Notes: a model not told the origin generated them from the sequence alone. A stretch of DNA of 64,000 nt from an uncultured cyanobacterium (GCA_963697335.1 CAVONQ010000014.1:32001-96000), one strand, 5' to 3'. Positions 10,113 to 22,455 are shown, numbered from the stretch's first letter. Translations and numbers: made by a program.

Positions 10113-11444
10113 TCAGCGCAGGCACGCGCGCACCAGGAGGCCATCCTTCGGCGAGGGGCTGGGGATGACCCTGAGCGACAGGTCCTGATCGGGCTCCAGC
10201 GCCAACGTCAGCTGTTTGAGCAGCCCCACCGCTAGCAGGCGGATCTCCAGCTCGGCCAACGCCTTGCCCAGGCAGACCCGCTCACCACCTCCGTAGGGCA
10301 GCAAGGTGACAGTGCTGTTGCCTGCCAGATGCCGCTGCGGCCGGAACACCTCCAGATCCTCGTTCCCTCTTCCATAGCGATGGCTGGCGGTGATGCTCAC
10401 CTGCACCACCCGATCGGCCGGAACCAGGACATCCGCCAGGGCAATCGGCTCCCGGGTGCGGCGGAAGAAGCCCCCCACCGGCGGGGTCAGCCGCATCACT
10501 TCCTTCACCACCGCATCGAGACGCGGGGCACGGATCGCGTCGAAGGCGGTCCCGGCCTCCCCCTGCGCAGGAGGCCAGGGCAAGCCGTCGAGCTCCTGTT
10601 GCAGCCAGGCCAGCTCGGCTGGATGTTGCAGAAGGCTCAGGAGCAGACAGCTCAGCGCAGAGGCGGTGGTTTCGTAGCCGGCGAACAACAGCAGCAGCAG
10701 CTGCTCCGCCACGTCGTCATCGCCCAGGGGAAGGCCGGCTTCATCAAGGCCACCGGCCAGCAGATCGAGCCCGCCGGCGGCGAGGGGCGCTCCGGCGGCA
10801 GCGGCGCTCTGTGCCTTCTCGAGCACGGCGCCCAGGCGTCGCAGCAGCCGTTGGCGGGCCTGAAGGGCTCGGGCGTAGGGGCTGCCGGGCAGGGCGAACG
10901 GGAGGGAAAAGAGGCCCTGGCACCAGGTTTCGAAATCCACGAACAGGGCATCGCGATCGGCGGGATCGAGGCCCAGCACCGTGCTGGCGATCACGCTGAA
11001 GGCGAAGCGCCTCAGCTTGGGCACCAGGGCCACGGGCGATGCGCCGCCGAGCAGCTCCCCGCTGAGCTCATCCACCAGCGCCACGATCGCAGGGCAGTAG
11101 CGCTTGAGGGCAGTGGAAGCGAACAACTGGCCCACCACACGACGACGGGCCTTGTGATCGGCACCGTTGCGGTTGGCCAGGGACAGGGGCCCCAACAGCT
11201 TCCGCACACTGTCCGGCCACCAGCCCTGAACCGCATCGCCCTGGGCGAACAGGTCGCTGATCGCCTTCTCCCCCCGGATGAACACGGTTCGCTGCCCCAG
11301 AAGGGTGGTGCCGTACACATCGCCGTAGCGCTCGAAGCGGGAGCGGGCGAAATCCGGATCACGCAGAAAGGAGAGGGTTTCGAGCACGCCGCTCACAGCT
11401 GGCGTGATCGGCAAGGGCCGAAGGGTGGCGGGATCGAGCGGCAA
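10113..11444 (-). CDS. Cytochrome P450 (start uncertain)
   Basis: AGYETT I-helix, EVMR (ExxR), FRPQR, YGGGERVCLG heme motif. Confidence 0.93.
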   Translation of the reverse strand: MPLDPATLRPLPITPAVSGVLETLSFLRDPDFARSRFERYGDVYGTTLLGQRTVFIRGEKAISDLFAQGDAVQGWWPDSVRKLLGPLSLANRNGADHKARRRVVGQLFASTALKRYCPAIVALVDELSGELLGGASPVALVPKLRRFAFSVIASTVLGLDPADRDALFVDFETWCQGLFSLPFALPGSPYARALQARQRLLRRLGAVLEKAQSAAAAGAPLAAGGLDLLAGGLDEAGLPLGDDDVAEQLLLLLFAGYETTASALSCLLLSLLQHPAELAWLQQELDGLPWPPAQGEAGTAFDAIRAPRLDAVVKEVMRLTPPVGGFFRRTREPIALADVLVPADRVVQVSITASHRYGRGNEDLEVFRPQRHLAGNSTVTLLPYGGGERVCLGKALAELEIRLLAVGLLKQLTLALEPDQDLSLRVIPSPSPKDGLLVRACLR

Positions 11445-11512
11445 CCAGCATTCTCCAGAGTGATCTCCAGGCTGGCGGCCAGCGGCCGCCAGCGCGCCAC
11501 CATGGACGTTCC

Positions 11513-12304
11513 ATGACCACCGCGATCCCCGTGTCCACGACCGAGACCACCACAGGTCCTGCTGGCGCCGGGGCAAGGTCCATGGCAGCCCCAGCGCTGC
11601 TTGAGCGGCTGGCGAAGGTGGAGGGGATGGGGAAGGGCCGCCGTCGCCTGGTACTCCTGCTCCCCCAGCTGGGCGATTTCGACAGCATGGAATACGCCCA
11701 GGCCCTGGTGGCTGCTTGGCCCCAGCTGGAGGCCGCCGGCATCGCCGTGCTGGCCATCGGCATCGGTGATGAGTCCGGCCGCCAGCGCTTCTGCGCCTTC
11801 ACCGGCTTTCCGAGCGAGCGGCTGCAGGTGGACGCCGAACCCCAGCTGCATCAGGCCCTGGGGCTCTACGAAGGCCTGCGGCAGATCGGCGGCCCCTGGC
11901 CGAACCTGCTGCTGATGTGCGCCGGGATCGGCTCCCCCGGCACCCTGGCCGAGGTGCTGCGTGGCTACACGGGCGATCGCAGCGCGCCCCAGCGCATCGC
12001 CGACGACGAGACCATCCAGGCCGGCCCCCTGCCGCCGATCAAGGGGGCGTTCTTCGCCAGAGCTGGCGGACGTGGCTTCCAGCGGCCCTTTGAGCTGGCC
12101 ACGGTGCGGCTGCGCAACATGAGCGAAGTGCTGGGCCACTGGCGCACCTACGTGCCCCGCGACGACTTCCTCACCCAGCGGGGCGGCACTTTTCTCCTGG
12201 AGGCCGACGACACGCTTCTGTACAGCTACCGGGACCGCGGCATTCTCGGATTCTCGGAAACCATGGCCAGGCCGCTCAGTTTCCTGGATGCTTTCCTCGG
12301 CTGA
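11513..12304 (+). CDS. Peroxiredoxin-like (AhpC/TSA_2) family protein
   Basis: QLGDFDSMEYAQ...GIGSPGTLAEVLRGY...QRPFELAT...TQRGGTF. Confidence 0.75.
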   Translation: MTTAIPVSTTETTTGPAGAGARSMAAPALLERLAKVEGMGKGRRRLVLLLPQLGDFDSMEYAQALVAAWPQLEAAGIAVLAIGIGDESGRQRFCAFTGFPSERLQVDAEPQLHQALGLYEGLRQIGGPWPNLLLMCAGIGSPGTLAEVLRGYTGDRSAPQRIADDETIQAGPLPPIKGAFFARAGGRGFQRPFELATVRLRNMSEVLGHWRTYVPRDDFLTQRGGTFLLEADDTLLYSYRDRGILGFSETMARPLSFLDAFLG

Positions 12305-12371
12305 TGCCCCGCTGGCGCCACATGAGCGATGAGTCGAAGGCGGTCAGGAAGTAGGGCTCCTCTGTACTCGT

Positions 12372-12542
12372 CTATCGACCTTTCGCCCAGATCCGTTCCA
12401 AGGTTCTGCGGAAACCCTTTGCGCTCAGGGGTTTGGCGAGGCCTCGTGACCTCAGAGTGCTGCTGATCCACCAGACCTGCAGACCACCAAAAGCAAGGGC
12501 AAGCAGCCCTAATTGGACATATCCCCAGTTCAGGTGCTCCAT
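12372..12542 (-). CDS. Small single-TM hypothetical protein
   Basis: MEHLNWGYVQLGLLALAFGGLQVWWI...FRRTLERIW, 56 aa. Confidence 0.6.
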   Translation of the reverse strand: MEHLNWGYVQLGLLALAFGGLQVWWISSTLRSRGLAKPLSAKGFRRTLERIWAKGR

Positions 12543-12691
12543 CACAGTGAAATTTACTCCTTTGAAAGCCCTCGAGGACGGAGCTATGCCCTGTTCGGGG
12601 GTGGAGAGGGGTGAGGAAACGTGAAGTCGCTCCTGTGCCGAGGGAGGGGGGCCCACAATGAGGCCACCGGACATCAGGATCCTTAGGCTTC

Positions 12692-13417
12692 ATGTCCATG
12701 AAGGCACCACTGAGCGAGCGAGAGCAAGAGCGGCTTGATGCCCTTCGCGACTACCGCATCCTCGACACACCAACTGAGCAGGCCTTCGACGATCTGACAG
12801 CACTGGCGGCCTATGTCTGCGACGTGCCGATTGCCCTGGTCAGCTTGGTCGACACTGACCGGCAGTGGTTCAAATCGAAGTTAGGTCTGGAGGCCACGGA
12901 AACCAGCCGGGACGTCTCCTTTTGTGCTCACGCCATTCTCCAGAACAGCATCCTGGTGGTCCAGGACACCCACCTCGATGCACGCTTTGCCGCCAATCCC
13001 CTGGTGACATCGGAACCCAACATCCGCTTCTATGCGGGCGTCCCGTTGTTGACGCCGGAGGCCTTGCCCCTGGGCACCCTCTGCGTGATCGACCACAAGC
13101 CGAGGGAGCTGAACGCCGCCCAGATCCGGACCCTGGAGGGGATCGCCCGCCAGGTCGTGACCCAGCTGGAGCTGCGGCTGGTCTCCGCCCGGCTGGCCCA
13201 GGCCCTGGAGAAGATCAACCTGATCGAAGAGCTCATCCCGATCTGTTCGTATTGCAAGGCGATCCGCAACGACGCCGGCTACTGGTCGAGCGTGGAGGCC
13301 TTCATCAAACAGCACGCCGATGTGGCCTTCACCCATGGAGTGTGCGAGTCCTGCATCGAAAAGCACTTCCCTGAGGTGGCTGAGGCGATGCGACAGGAGG
13401 ACGCCTACAGCCCTTGA
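12692..13417 (+). CDS. Stand-alone GAF domain protein with Cys/His C-terminal module
   Basis: ERLDALRDYRILDT..E..FD, RQWFKS, SFCAHAI, RFYAGVPL, GTLCVID; tail ICSYCK...THGVCESC. Confidence 0.88.
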   Translation: MSMKAPLSEREQERLDALRDYRILDTPTEQAFDDLTALAAYVCDVPIALVSLVDTDRQWFKSKLGLEATETSRDVSFCAHAILQNSILVVQDTHLDARFAANPLVTSEPNIRFYAGVPLLTPEALPLGTLCVIDHKPRELNAAQIRTLEGIARQVVTQLELRLVSARLAQALEKINLIEELIPICSYCKAIRNDAGYWSSVEAFIKQHADVAFTHGVCESCIEKHFPEVAEAMRQEDAYSP

Positions 13418-13512
13418 CAAGTTGGTTTTTCTGCGCGCGACCACTGCGTCAAAGGCAGAAACGCCAGGGAAAGATGTGCCTCAAGCCAGCAGGTCAGCCC
13501 AGACCATCGGAT

Positions 13513-13902
13513 TCACACATTCAGATTGGGGCAGATGACGTCCTGGTTCGGGACCGGATCGCTCTTCCAGTTTTCAAGCAGATTCAGCAGTTCCGCTCTG
13601 AACTGGCGCAACTCCCGCAGGCGTTCGTCCACCAGGTCGATCTGTCGTTGGATCTGCCCATGGATGTCGTCACAGGGGAGCTGGCCGGCATCGTGGATGG
13701 CGAGACATCCCTGAATATCCTCGAGGGACAGGCCCAGGGTCTTGAGCCGCCGGATGAACTCCAGACGGCGCAGACTCTCTTCAGCGAATAGCCGGTAGCC
13801 ACCCGCGCTGCGGCCCACCGCTGGCAACAGGCCGATCTCTTCGTAGTAACGGAGCGTCTTGACGGGCAGTCCGCTGCGGCTGGCCAGTTCGCCGATCTTC
13901 AT
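13513..13902 (-). CDS. MerR-family heavy-metal-responsive regulator
   Basis: MKIGELA...TLRYYEEIGLL...GGYRLF...LGLSLEDI; Cys in LPCD and ICP; divergent from P1B ATPase. Confidence 0.93.
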   Translation of the reverse strand: MKIGELASRSGLPVKTLRYYEEIGLLPAVGRSAGGYRLFAEESLRRLEFIRRLKTLGLSLEDIQGCLAIHDAGQLPCDDIHGQIQRQIDLVDERLRELRQFRAELLNLLENWKSDPVPNQDVICPNLNV

Positions 13903-14090
13903 GCCGGCACGCACCGGCGCCGCCCCTGGAGGGCGGTCGGGCCGTGGCGGGGCGGGGGAGCGGGAGGCCATGGGGGTGGCGCTAGCGGTGGCGGCGGTGA
14001 TGGGCAAACACACTCTCCATCGCTGGGGAGACTCTAGCCATCGCACACGGCCTCCCATCTCCCGGCAAGCCCTTTCATCCCAGCCTGGCC

Positions 14091-14122
14091 TTGACTCTCC
14101 AGTCCACTGGACCCCATAGGTT
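14091..14122 (+). promoter_or_regulatory. MerR-type promoter/operator for the Cu ATPase
   Basis: TTGACT-20 bp (TCCAGT-CC-ACTGGA dyad)-TAGGTT. Confidence 0.85.
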
Positions 14123-14170
14123 GAGGAGTACGTCCCCTGCAGCGCCCCGGCCCTGCCTCCAGGTCCCCCG

Positions 14171-16270
<2,100 letters not shown>

Positions 16271-16286
16271 TGAGGATCCCAGCCTG

Positions 16287-16748
16287 ATGTCGCCTCTGCC
16301 TACCCTCGCCGCCTTCGCCGCTACGACCAGCGCCTCCACCGCCGCGCCGCTCTGGCGCAGCATCGAGCAGCCCGTGCTGCTGAAGCTGCTGGTGGCCGGC
16401 GCGGGGCTGGTGCTGATCGCCTGGGAGCTGTGGTGGTTCCTCGGCCGCCATGGCACGGGCGTGGCGGCCCGCGAGGGAGAGCACGGCCTGCAGGAGATCA
16501 CCATCACCGTGGACGGGGGCTATGCCCCCTCACGGATCCGGGTGAAGGCCGGCGAGCCGGTGCGGCTCACGTTTCACCGGATCGATCCGAGCGGCTGCGT
16601 GGCCCAGGTGATCTTCCCCGATTTCCACAAATCCCTCGACCTGCCCCTGGATGGCACCACCTCCGTGGACTTGCCAGCCAAGGCTGCCGGCACCTATCCC
16701 TTCCACTGCGGCATGAACATGGTGCGGGGCATGCTCGAAGTGGAGTGA
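16287..16748 (+). CDS. Membrane-anchored cupredoxin-domain protein (CupA-like)
   Basis: TM helix, GGYAP, SGC, FHCGMNM. Confidence 0.85.
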   Translation: MSPLPTLAAFAATTSASTAAPLWRSIEQPVLLKLLVAGAGLVLIAWELWWFLGRHGTGVAAREGEHGLQEITITVDGGYAPSRIRVKAGEPVRLTFHRIDPSGCVAQVIFPDFHKSLDLPLDGTTSVDLPAKAAGTYPFHCGMNMVRGMLEVE

Positions 16749-16783
16749 CTCCGGGCGGCGCGGTCCGGTTCGGTCGCGGGTGC

Positions 16784-18303
16784 TCAGGCGGTGATCTCCA
16801 GGGTGCCCATCATGCCCAGCTCCTCGTGATCGAGGATGTGGCAGTGATACAGCGTGCGTCCGGCGAAATCATCGAACCGGGTGCGAATCCGAACGGTTTC
16901 GCCCGGGCGCACCAGCACCACATCTCTCCAGGCACGCCAAGGTTCGGCGGTGCCGTTGCGGCTGATCACCTGGAAGGGGTTGATGTGCACGTGGAAGGGG
17001 TGATCCATCACCCCGTCGTTCACCAGGTCCCACTCCTCCGTGTCACCGAGACGCACGGAGGTATCGATCCGGCCGTGCTCATAGGCACGGCCATTGATCA
17101 GGAACACCATGCCCATGCCGGGGGCCATGCCGTGGTTGAGCACGAAGCGGCGGCGGCGCACCGGCGCCGGCAGGGGCTCCACCGGCAGCAGGCGCTCGGG
17201 CAGCGGCAGGGGCGTCACCGAGCCCGCGTAGTTCAGGGTGGCGATCGGCACCGGAGCCTGCTGCTCAAAGCCTGATCCGATCATTCCTCTACCCATTCCC
17301 ATTCCTCTACCCATGCCCCTGCCGTTGCCCATGCGGCTGCCCATGCGGCTGCCCATGCCGCCCATCATTCCGCCGGCGCCCCGGTCGTAGGGAAGGTTGA
17401 GCAGCCTGTACCGTCCGCCCTGGCGCTCACCCCGCACCAGCACATCGGCCCGCTCGCCGGGGGCCAGCAGCAGTTCCGCCAGCTCCACCGGTGCCTCGAT
17501 GGCACCGCCATCGGTGGCGATCAGGTGGAAGGGATGCTCCTCGAGGGCCAGCCGCCAGAAGCGGGCATTGGAGGCGTTCACGATCCGCAGCCGCAGCAGA
17601 CCCCCTGAGGGGATCGAAAGCGCCGGGTTCACCTGGCCGTTGACGGTGAGCACACGCTCCCTCTCGCCCCAGCATCATCCCCATGCCCATCGGGCTGCCC
17701 ACCCCCTCCCCGGGAAGATCCTTGAGGAAAAGCACCTGCTCTTCGGCGGCGCGGACTTCGGGGATCTGATCCAGGGCACCGCGCACGATGAACACCCCTC
17801 CGAGGCCGCCGAACACCTGATCGGCCGTCGTGCCGTGGTGGTGGGGGTGGTAGTAGAAGGTGCCAGCGGGGTGGTCGGCCGGCAGGGTGAAGGCGTAGGT
17901 GTGGCTCTGGCCGGGGGCCACCGCTCACGAACACGTTGTCAGCACTGCCGCCAGGAGGGATGTGGAGCCCGTGGTAGTGGAGGTTGGTGGGGCGAGCCAG
18001 GCGGTTGTGCAGCTGGATCCGCACGGCATCGCCGGGCTCGGCCTCCAGCACAGGCCCAGGCAGCAGGCCGTTGTAGGTGAGAGCCCTGGCTGGCCCGCCC
18101 AGGATCGCCACGTTGGTCTCTTGGGCCACGAGATCCAGTTCCAGCCGTCCGCCGCTGGAGCGCAGGCGGGACGGGGCTGTGGGCTGGGCGCTGCCTGCTG
18201 ATGGAAGCTGGGCGGAGCGTCCCCGCAGGCATAAGCCGGTGGCGTAAGCGGAGGCACCGGCCACAAGGCAAAAAAAGGAACGGCGCCCGAGTCGGCCGCT
18301 CAT
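16784..18303 (-). pseudogene. Tat-exported multicopper oxidase split by two frameshifts (about 17922 and 17654), or sequencing errors
   Basis: GRRSFF Tat motif; HYHG, YHPH, HPFHVH, HCHILDHEELGMM distributed over three frames; Met/Gly-rich loop. Confidence 0.85.
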
Positions 18304-18399
18304 CGCGCCCCGAAGCAGAGATCCGCAGGAAGGGGCTGGAGCAGGAACCGATTCATTGCCTGGGTTCCCATGACCGTGTGCCGCTAAAGGAGTTGTTTC

Positions 18400-18431
18400 A
18401 GCGTACGGTCTCCACAAGGGTGGAGAGTCAA
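18400..18431 (-). promoter_or_regulatory. MerR-type promoter/operator for the multicopper oxidase
   Basis: TTGACT-20 bp (TCTCCAC-CCTT-GTGGAGA dyad)-TACGCT. Confidence 0.85.
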
Positions 18432-18456
18432 GCGGGGCGGTCTGCTGCCGGGACGT

Positions 18457-19152
18457 TCAGAGAGCAAAGAGCGCGTCGTACCTGGAGTACTCCGGCTTGC
18501 GCAATCCCTCCACGGCCAGCATCCGGCGCAGCTCGATGATCTCGGCACGCTGCGCCACGATCACATTCCGAGCGAAGCGCCGGATCGTGGTGTTTGTGCT
18601 CTTGGCCAGGGCGTCATGGGCCATGATCAGTGCCCCGCCGTGGTGGTCAATCATCCCCTCGAGAAACCACACCACCCGGTTCTCTCGGGTGGGTCCGGAG
18701 CCCATCATCCGCATGCCGTCGATCTGGGCCTGGCTCATACGGGTCAGGCCGGAGAGGCTGTTCGGGTCACCACCTGGCGCCAACGCCACGGGATACACCG
18801 GCGCCTGCGGATACCAGGCCTTGCGCCACAGCCCCATGGCGCGGATTTCGCTGGCCTGGTCCTGCCAGATGGTGTTGCCCAGGGCCCCCACGCCGGGCTG
18901 GTCGATCCCGAAGACGAATTCACTCATGCGCAGGGCGCCGGTGTGGTGCTGCACCATGCCGTCGAGGAAACGCAAGTCGTAGGTGGCGCCGGCGGGGCCC
19001 ACGTCATGGGCGTGGCCGGGGGTCGTCATGCCTGGCATGCCGTCCATGCCGCGATGAGCCTCGTGGGGATCCATCTGGGCCAGGACCGGGGAGGAGGACA
19101 AGGCAGCCACGGCCAGCGCAGACATGCCGAACCGAAAGGCGGATGCAGCCAT
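18457..19152 (-). CDS. DUF305 (CopM-like) exported copper-binding protein
   Basis: Signal peptide, Met/His-rich N-terminus, FLDGMVQHH.GA and FLEGMIDHH.GA repeats. Confidence 0.88.
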   Translation of the reverse strand: MAASAFRFGMSALAVAALSSSPVLAQMDPHEAHRGMDGMPGMTTPGHAHDVGPAGATYDLRFLDGMVQHHTGALRMSEFVFGIDQPGVGALGNTIWQDQASEIRAMGLWRKAWYPQAPVYPVALAPGGDPNSLSGLTRMSQAQIDGMRMMGSGPTRENRVVWFLEGMIDHHGGALIMAHDALAKSTNTTIRRFARNVIVAQRAEIIELRRMLAVEGLRKPEYSRYDALFAL

Positions 19153-19183
19153 GGGGAAGGGGGTGGAAGAAGCGGGCCAATCC

Positions 19184-19215
19184 ACCGTATGGGCTCCACC
19201 TTGCTGGAGAGTCAA
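19184..19215 (-). promoter_or_regulatory. MerR-type promoter/operator for the DUF305 gene
   Basis: TTGACT-20 bp (CTCCA-GCAAGG-TGGAG dyad)-TACGGT. Confidence 0.85.
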
Positions 19216-20086
19216 GGAGCTGTGCGAGGGCATTGGCCCCAGGCCGCATCGGCAGTCACCCAGACGCTCTCTATCGCCAGGGAGTTCCCACCTGATTTTT
19301 AAGACCTTCATCAACGAAACCATAGAGGCCTCCATGCTTGCCCCCCCACCATCACGCAGCTACATGACATCAACGGCAGAAGGGTTGAATGATCCACGGA
19401 AGGCAAGAACCTTGATCCGGTTGCTGCTTGCGGGCTGTTCACAAACCACAGAGAGTACGCAGGCTTAGAGAGCTCCCAGGGTCGGGAAAACTCGGGCTTC
19501 ACCATCCCCTACTCTCAAGCCCAGAACCATCGCAATCCCTTGGTCCAGGACAGATCAGACACAGACCGTGGGGAACCGGATCGCTGTTCCATGGGCTCTT
19601 CGCTCCTCGCTCTTCCGGTGACTCCTGCTACTGCCGCTACCGCCAGGCAGCGTCAGCAGTGTGGCCACAGCCAGGCGAGCGAGTGATGCACAGTAAGCGG
19701 GTCAATCAGACCATCAGGTCATGGCGCAGCTGTTGTGGTGAGACATGGGGAGAGACCTGCTGAAATCAACAGCCATTCTGCCTGCAACAGACATTAAGTT
19801 TTTGAGATCCACTTTAATCGACCCTAACGGTTCACTCACACCCTGCAGCTCTTCTGGCCGGCTGGACGCGCTTCAGACGCAAGGGATGTAGAATCAACCA
19901 TTGGCATAGACCAAAATCAGACATTCAATCAGTCAACAGAGCAGGCCCACTGCAAATCAAGCGCTGTCTGGTTGAAGCTGGGCCTTCCAGCAAGCAAGAA
20001 ACTCGTAACTACTCCATTGGACTGTTTGGCTCAATCACAGCCAACAAAGCCTGCCAACAGTCAGCCAGGTCAAGCATCCCAACCCC

Positions 20087-20881
20087 ATGATAGTGAGACC
20101 ATTCAGATCCCCACTGCCACAGCCCTTATCAGACGGCGCCTTTGCATCAGCACCAGAGCTGATTCCTGATCTGCCGCTCCATCTCTCGCGGCTTCTGATC
20201 AGCGCTGCAGGCACGAAAGCCTCGTATCACTTCATCGAGCGAGTTCCCGCTGCTCATCGGATCATTCTTGTCAGCAACCACCGCAGCTTGCTGGATGTTC
20301 CATTGCTCATGGCAGCGCTGAATCGGCCCATACGATTTGCATGCCACTACTACATGAGCAGGGTCCCAGGACTGAGGGAGATGGTCTCAGCGATGGGAGC
20401 ATTCCCTCTCGATGCACCACAACAAAGGCACAAGGACTTTTTCCAGAAGGCCATCAGCCTGCTGCACGAGAAGGAAGTTGTCGGGATCTTTCCAGAAGGT
20501 GCCGAACCCATGGTTCAATCAGCGACTCCAAATCAAATCAGCCCCTTCCACCGCGGCTTTGCCCACCTCGCCATGCGGGCTGGCGTTGGTGATGTGGCCA
20601 TCCTGCCAGTGGGCATCGCTTCACTTCAAGAGCAGACAAGCAACCTCGCCCCACTCAGCCTGTTCAAACTGGCTGACCCGTCAGAACCCTTGTTTGATCG
20701 TGGTGGCTGGCACCACAGCGTTCGTTATCAGCATGTACGCGTGCTTGTTGGGCACCCCATCTGGGTCAAAGACAAAGAAAGAGAGGAGTATTCCGGGCGA
20801 AGGGCTGGCTTACTTGCACGAGAGATAACCAATACCTGCCAGAATCAGATCGTTGAACTGATACGCCAAGGCTGCTCGTAA
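20087..20881 (+). CDS. Lysophospholipid (PlsC-like) acyltransferase family protein
   Basis: SNHRSLLD (HX4D), GIFPEG. Confidence 0.88.
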   Translation: MIVRPFRSPLPQPLSDGAFASAPELIPDLPLHLSRLLISAAGTKASYHFIERVPAAHRIILVSNHRSLLDVPLLMAALNRPIRFACHYYMSRVPGLREMVSAMGAFPLDAPQQRHKDFFQKAISLLHEKEVVGIFPEGAEPMVQSATPNQISPFHRGFAHLAMRAGVGDVAILPVGIASLQEQTSNLAPLSLFKLADPSEPLFDRGGWHHSVRYQHVRVLVGHPIWVKDKEREEYSGRRAGLLAREITNTCQNQIVELIRQGCS

Positions 20882-20896
20882 CCGGCTCTGTCCTCC

Positions 20897-21721
20897 ATGC
20901 CATTCTTGATCAATCCACGGCCGTCCCCCCTTGGCGAGTCTGCCAAGCCATCTCGTCCTCTGTTTATCTATCTGCCCGGGATGGATGGCACTGGAGACCT
21001 GTTGCGAACTCAACTTTCCGGGTTGCAAGCCTCATTCGATATCCGATGCCTTTCCATTCCCTCTAATGACATCACTGGTTGGGATAGACTGGTTGAACAG
21101 GTAGCTCGGTTGATCGCCAAGGAGCAGCGCCCGGTTCAATCTCGCCCCATCTATATCTGTGGCGAATCCTTTGGTGGCTGCCTGGCTTTGCGGCTTGCAG
21201 CTTCCTTCCCTGACATCTGCCAACATCTGATTCTTGTCAATCCTGCCACATCTGCTTTCCATCAACCGTGGGTCAGCCTAGGAGCATCAATCACACAACG
21301 CTTGCCTCCCTCACTATATCGGTTATCAACCTTTGGTCTGCTCCCTCTTCTGATCCAGCCACAACGAGTCTCCCTGGCTAATCAACAGGCTTTATTGCAA
21401 GCCATGCAATCGGTTTCCCCCAGAAGTGCGGCCTGGAGGATTTCCCTGCTTGCCAAGTTCGCGGTTGAGTCGCTGCCGTTGAGACGAATCCTGCAGCCCG
21501 TCCTGCTGCTGGCGTCAGGTGCAGACCGGCTCCTTCCATCCCTTGACGCAGCAGGGAGACTCGCCCGACAACTGCCGAACGCCCGTACCGTGCAGCTTCC
21601 AGACAGTGGTCACGCCTGCCTGCTGGAATCCGAGGTGAACCTCGCCAAGCTGTTGAAGTCAACAGATTTCTTTGATCCTTCCAGCCGCGCCCGTCCCCTA
21701 AGCCTGAGCCACGGTCATTGA
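20897..21721 (+). CDS. Alpha/beta hydrolase (esterase/lipase)
   Basis: YLPGMDGTG, GESFGG nucleophile elbow, DRLLPS, SGHACLLE. Confidence 0.9.
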   Translation: MPFLINPRPSPLGESAKPSRPLFIYLPGMDGTGDLLRTQLSGLQASFDIRCLSIPSNDITGWDRLVEQVARLIAKEQRPVQSRPIYICGESFGGCLALRLAASFPDICQHLILVNPATSAFHQPWVSLGASITQRLPPSLYRLSTFGLLPLLIQPQRVSLANQQALLQAMQSVSPRSAAWRISLLAKFAVESLPLRRILQPVLLLASGADRLLPSLDAAGRLARQLPNARTVQLPDSGHACLLESEVNLAKLLKSTDFFDPSSRARPLSLSHGH

Positions 21722-21748
21722 GATGGCGAGTCCTGACGATCAAGACAA

Positions 21749-21773
21749 AACCTCCGGGCTAAGCCCGGAGGTT
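21749..21773. terminator. Perfect hairpin between convergent genes (terminator or REP-like)
   Basis: AACCTCCGGGCT-A-AGCCCGGAGGTT. Confidence 0.55.
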
Positions 21774-21823
21774 GACGACCATCTCGCATCAGCGAGGGTA
21801 GGGAATCGGCTATGGGGTGCCGA

Positions 21824-21943
21824 TCATCGAGGCTCCAAAGGAGCGAGATCGCTGGGGCGGGAGAGAACAAATCCCACCATCCCGGTCAGGAGGACGACAA
21901 GGGCGATGACACTGATAATGGCGGCGGAGTAGTCAGTACTCAT
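21824..21943 (-). CDS. 39-aa single-TM small protein downstream of hli (not in ORF track)
   Basis: MSTDYSAAIISVIALVVLLTGMVGFVLSRPSDLAPLEPR; ATG 5 nt after hli stop. Confidence 0.6.
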   Translation of the reverse strand: MSTDYSAAIISVIALVVLLTGMVGFVLSRPSDLAPLEPR

Positions 21944-21948
21944 GGCGA

Positions 21949-22092
21949 TCAACCCAGGCCGATCTGGGACAGGATGCCCTGGCCGGTGAGCAACTCGGTG
22001 GAGAGTCCGATCACGAAGCCGAGCATGGCGAGACGGCCGTTCCAGGTTTCAGCAAAAGCGCTGAAGCCAAAGCGGGCGGAGGAGTCGGACAT
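21949..22092 (-). CDS. hli: High light-inducible protein
   Basis: AETWNGRLAMLGF...TGQGI. Confidence 0.95.
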   Translation of the reverse strand: MSDSSARFGFSAFAETWNGRLAMLGFVIGLSTELLTGQGILSQIGLG

Positions 22093-22115
22093 GGCTGTGG
22101 TGCGGTGTTCTGACA

Positions 22116-22133
22116 ATTGTAACACTATGTAAA
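22116..22133 (-). promoter_or_regulatory. HLR1 (RpaB-binding) direct repeat
   Basis: TTTACATA-GT-GTTACAAT fits (G/T)TTACA(T/A)(T/A)-N2 repeat just upstream of hli. Confidence 0.85.
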
Positions 22134-22455
22134 GGGCGTGTCGAGGCATCCGCCGGCACGGACCCGTCACCCATCGCTGCCTTCCTCAGCGATCCGATGA
22201 CCCCATGGATCAGGCCGTATTGGCCATCGTCCGGGGCTTGGGAAGGGACCTGGACAGTGGCAGCTTCTTGGAGGTGGCCACGGAGGGCTCGGCACTGGAG
22301 GCTCCGATTGCTTCCCCGGTGGCCCGCATCAGACCGGGCAGGGAGACCACCAACAGATGGCAAGCTCGGCAATGGAATTGGTCATGAAAAGTCTCTAACC
22401 TTTTTGTAATGTGGATTGGGATGTGACCCGTTAAGGGATCTGGTTGACAGGCAGA

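Noticed and set aside
17280..17370. Short tandem repeats
   Set aside because: They encode the Met/Gly-rich loop of the multicopper oxidase.
19340..20080. Lower-GC stretch as gene or ncRNA
   Set aside because: No convincing ORF, repeat or structure seen by eye.
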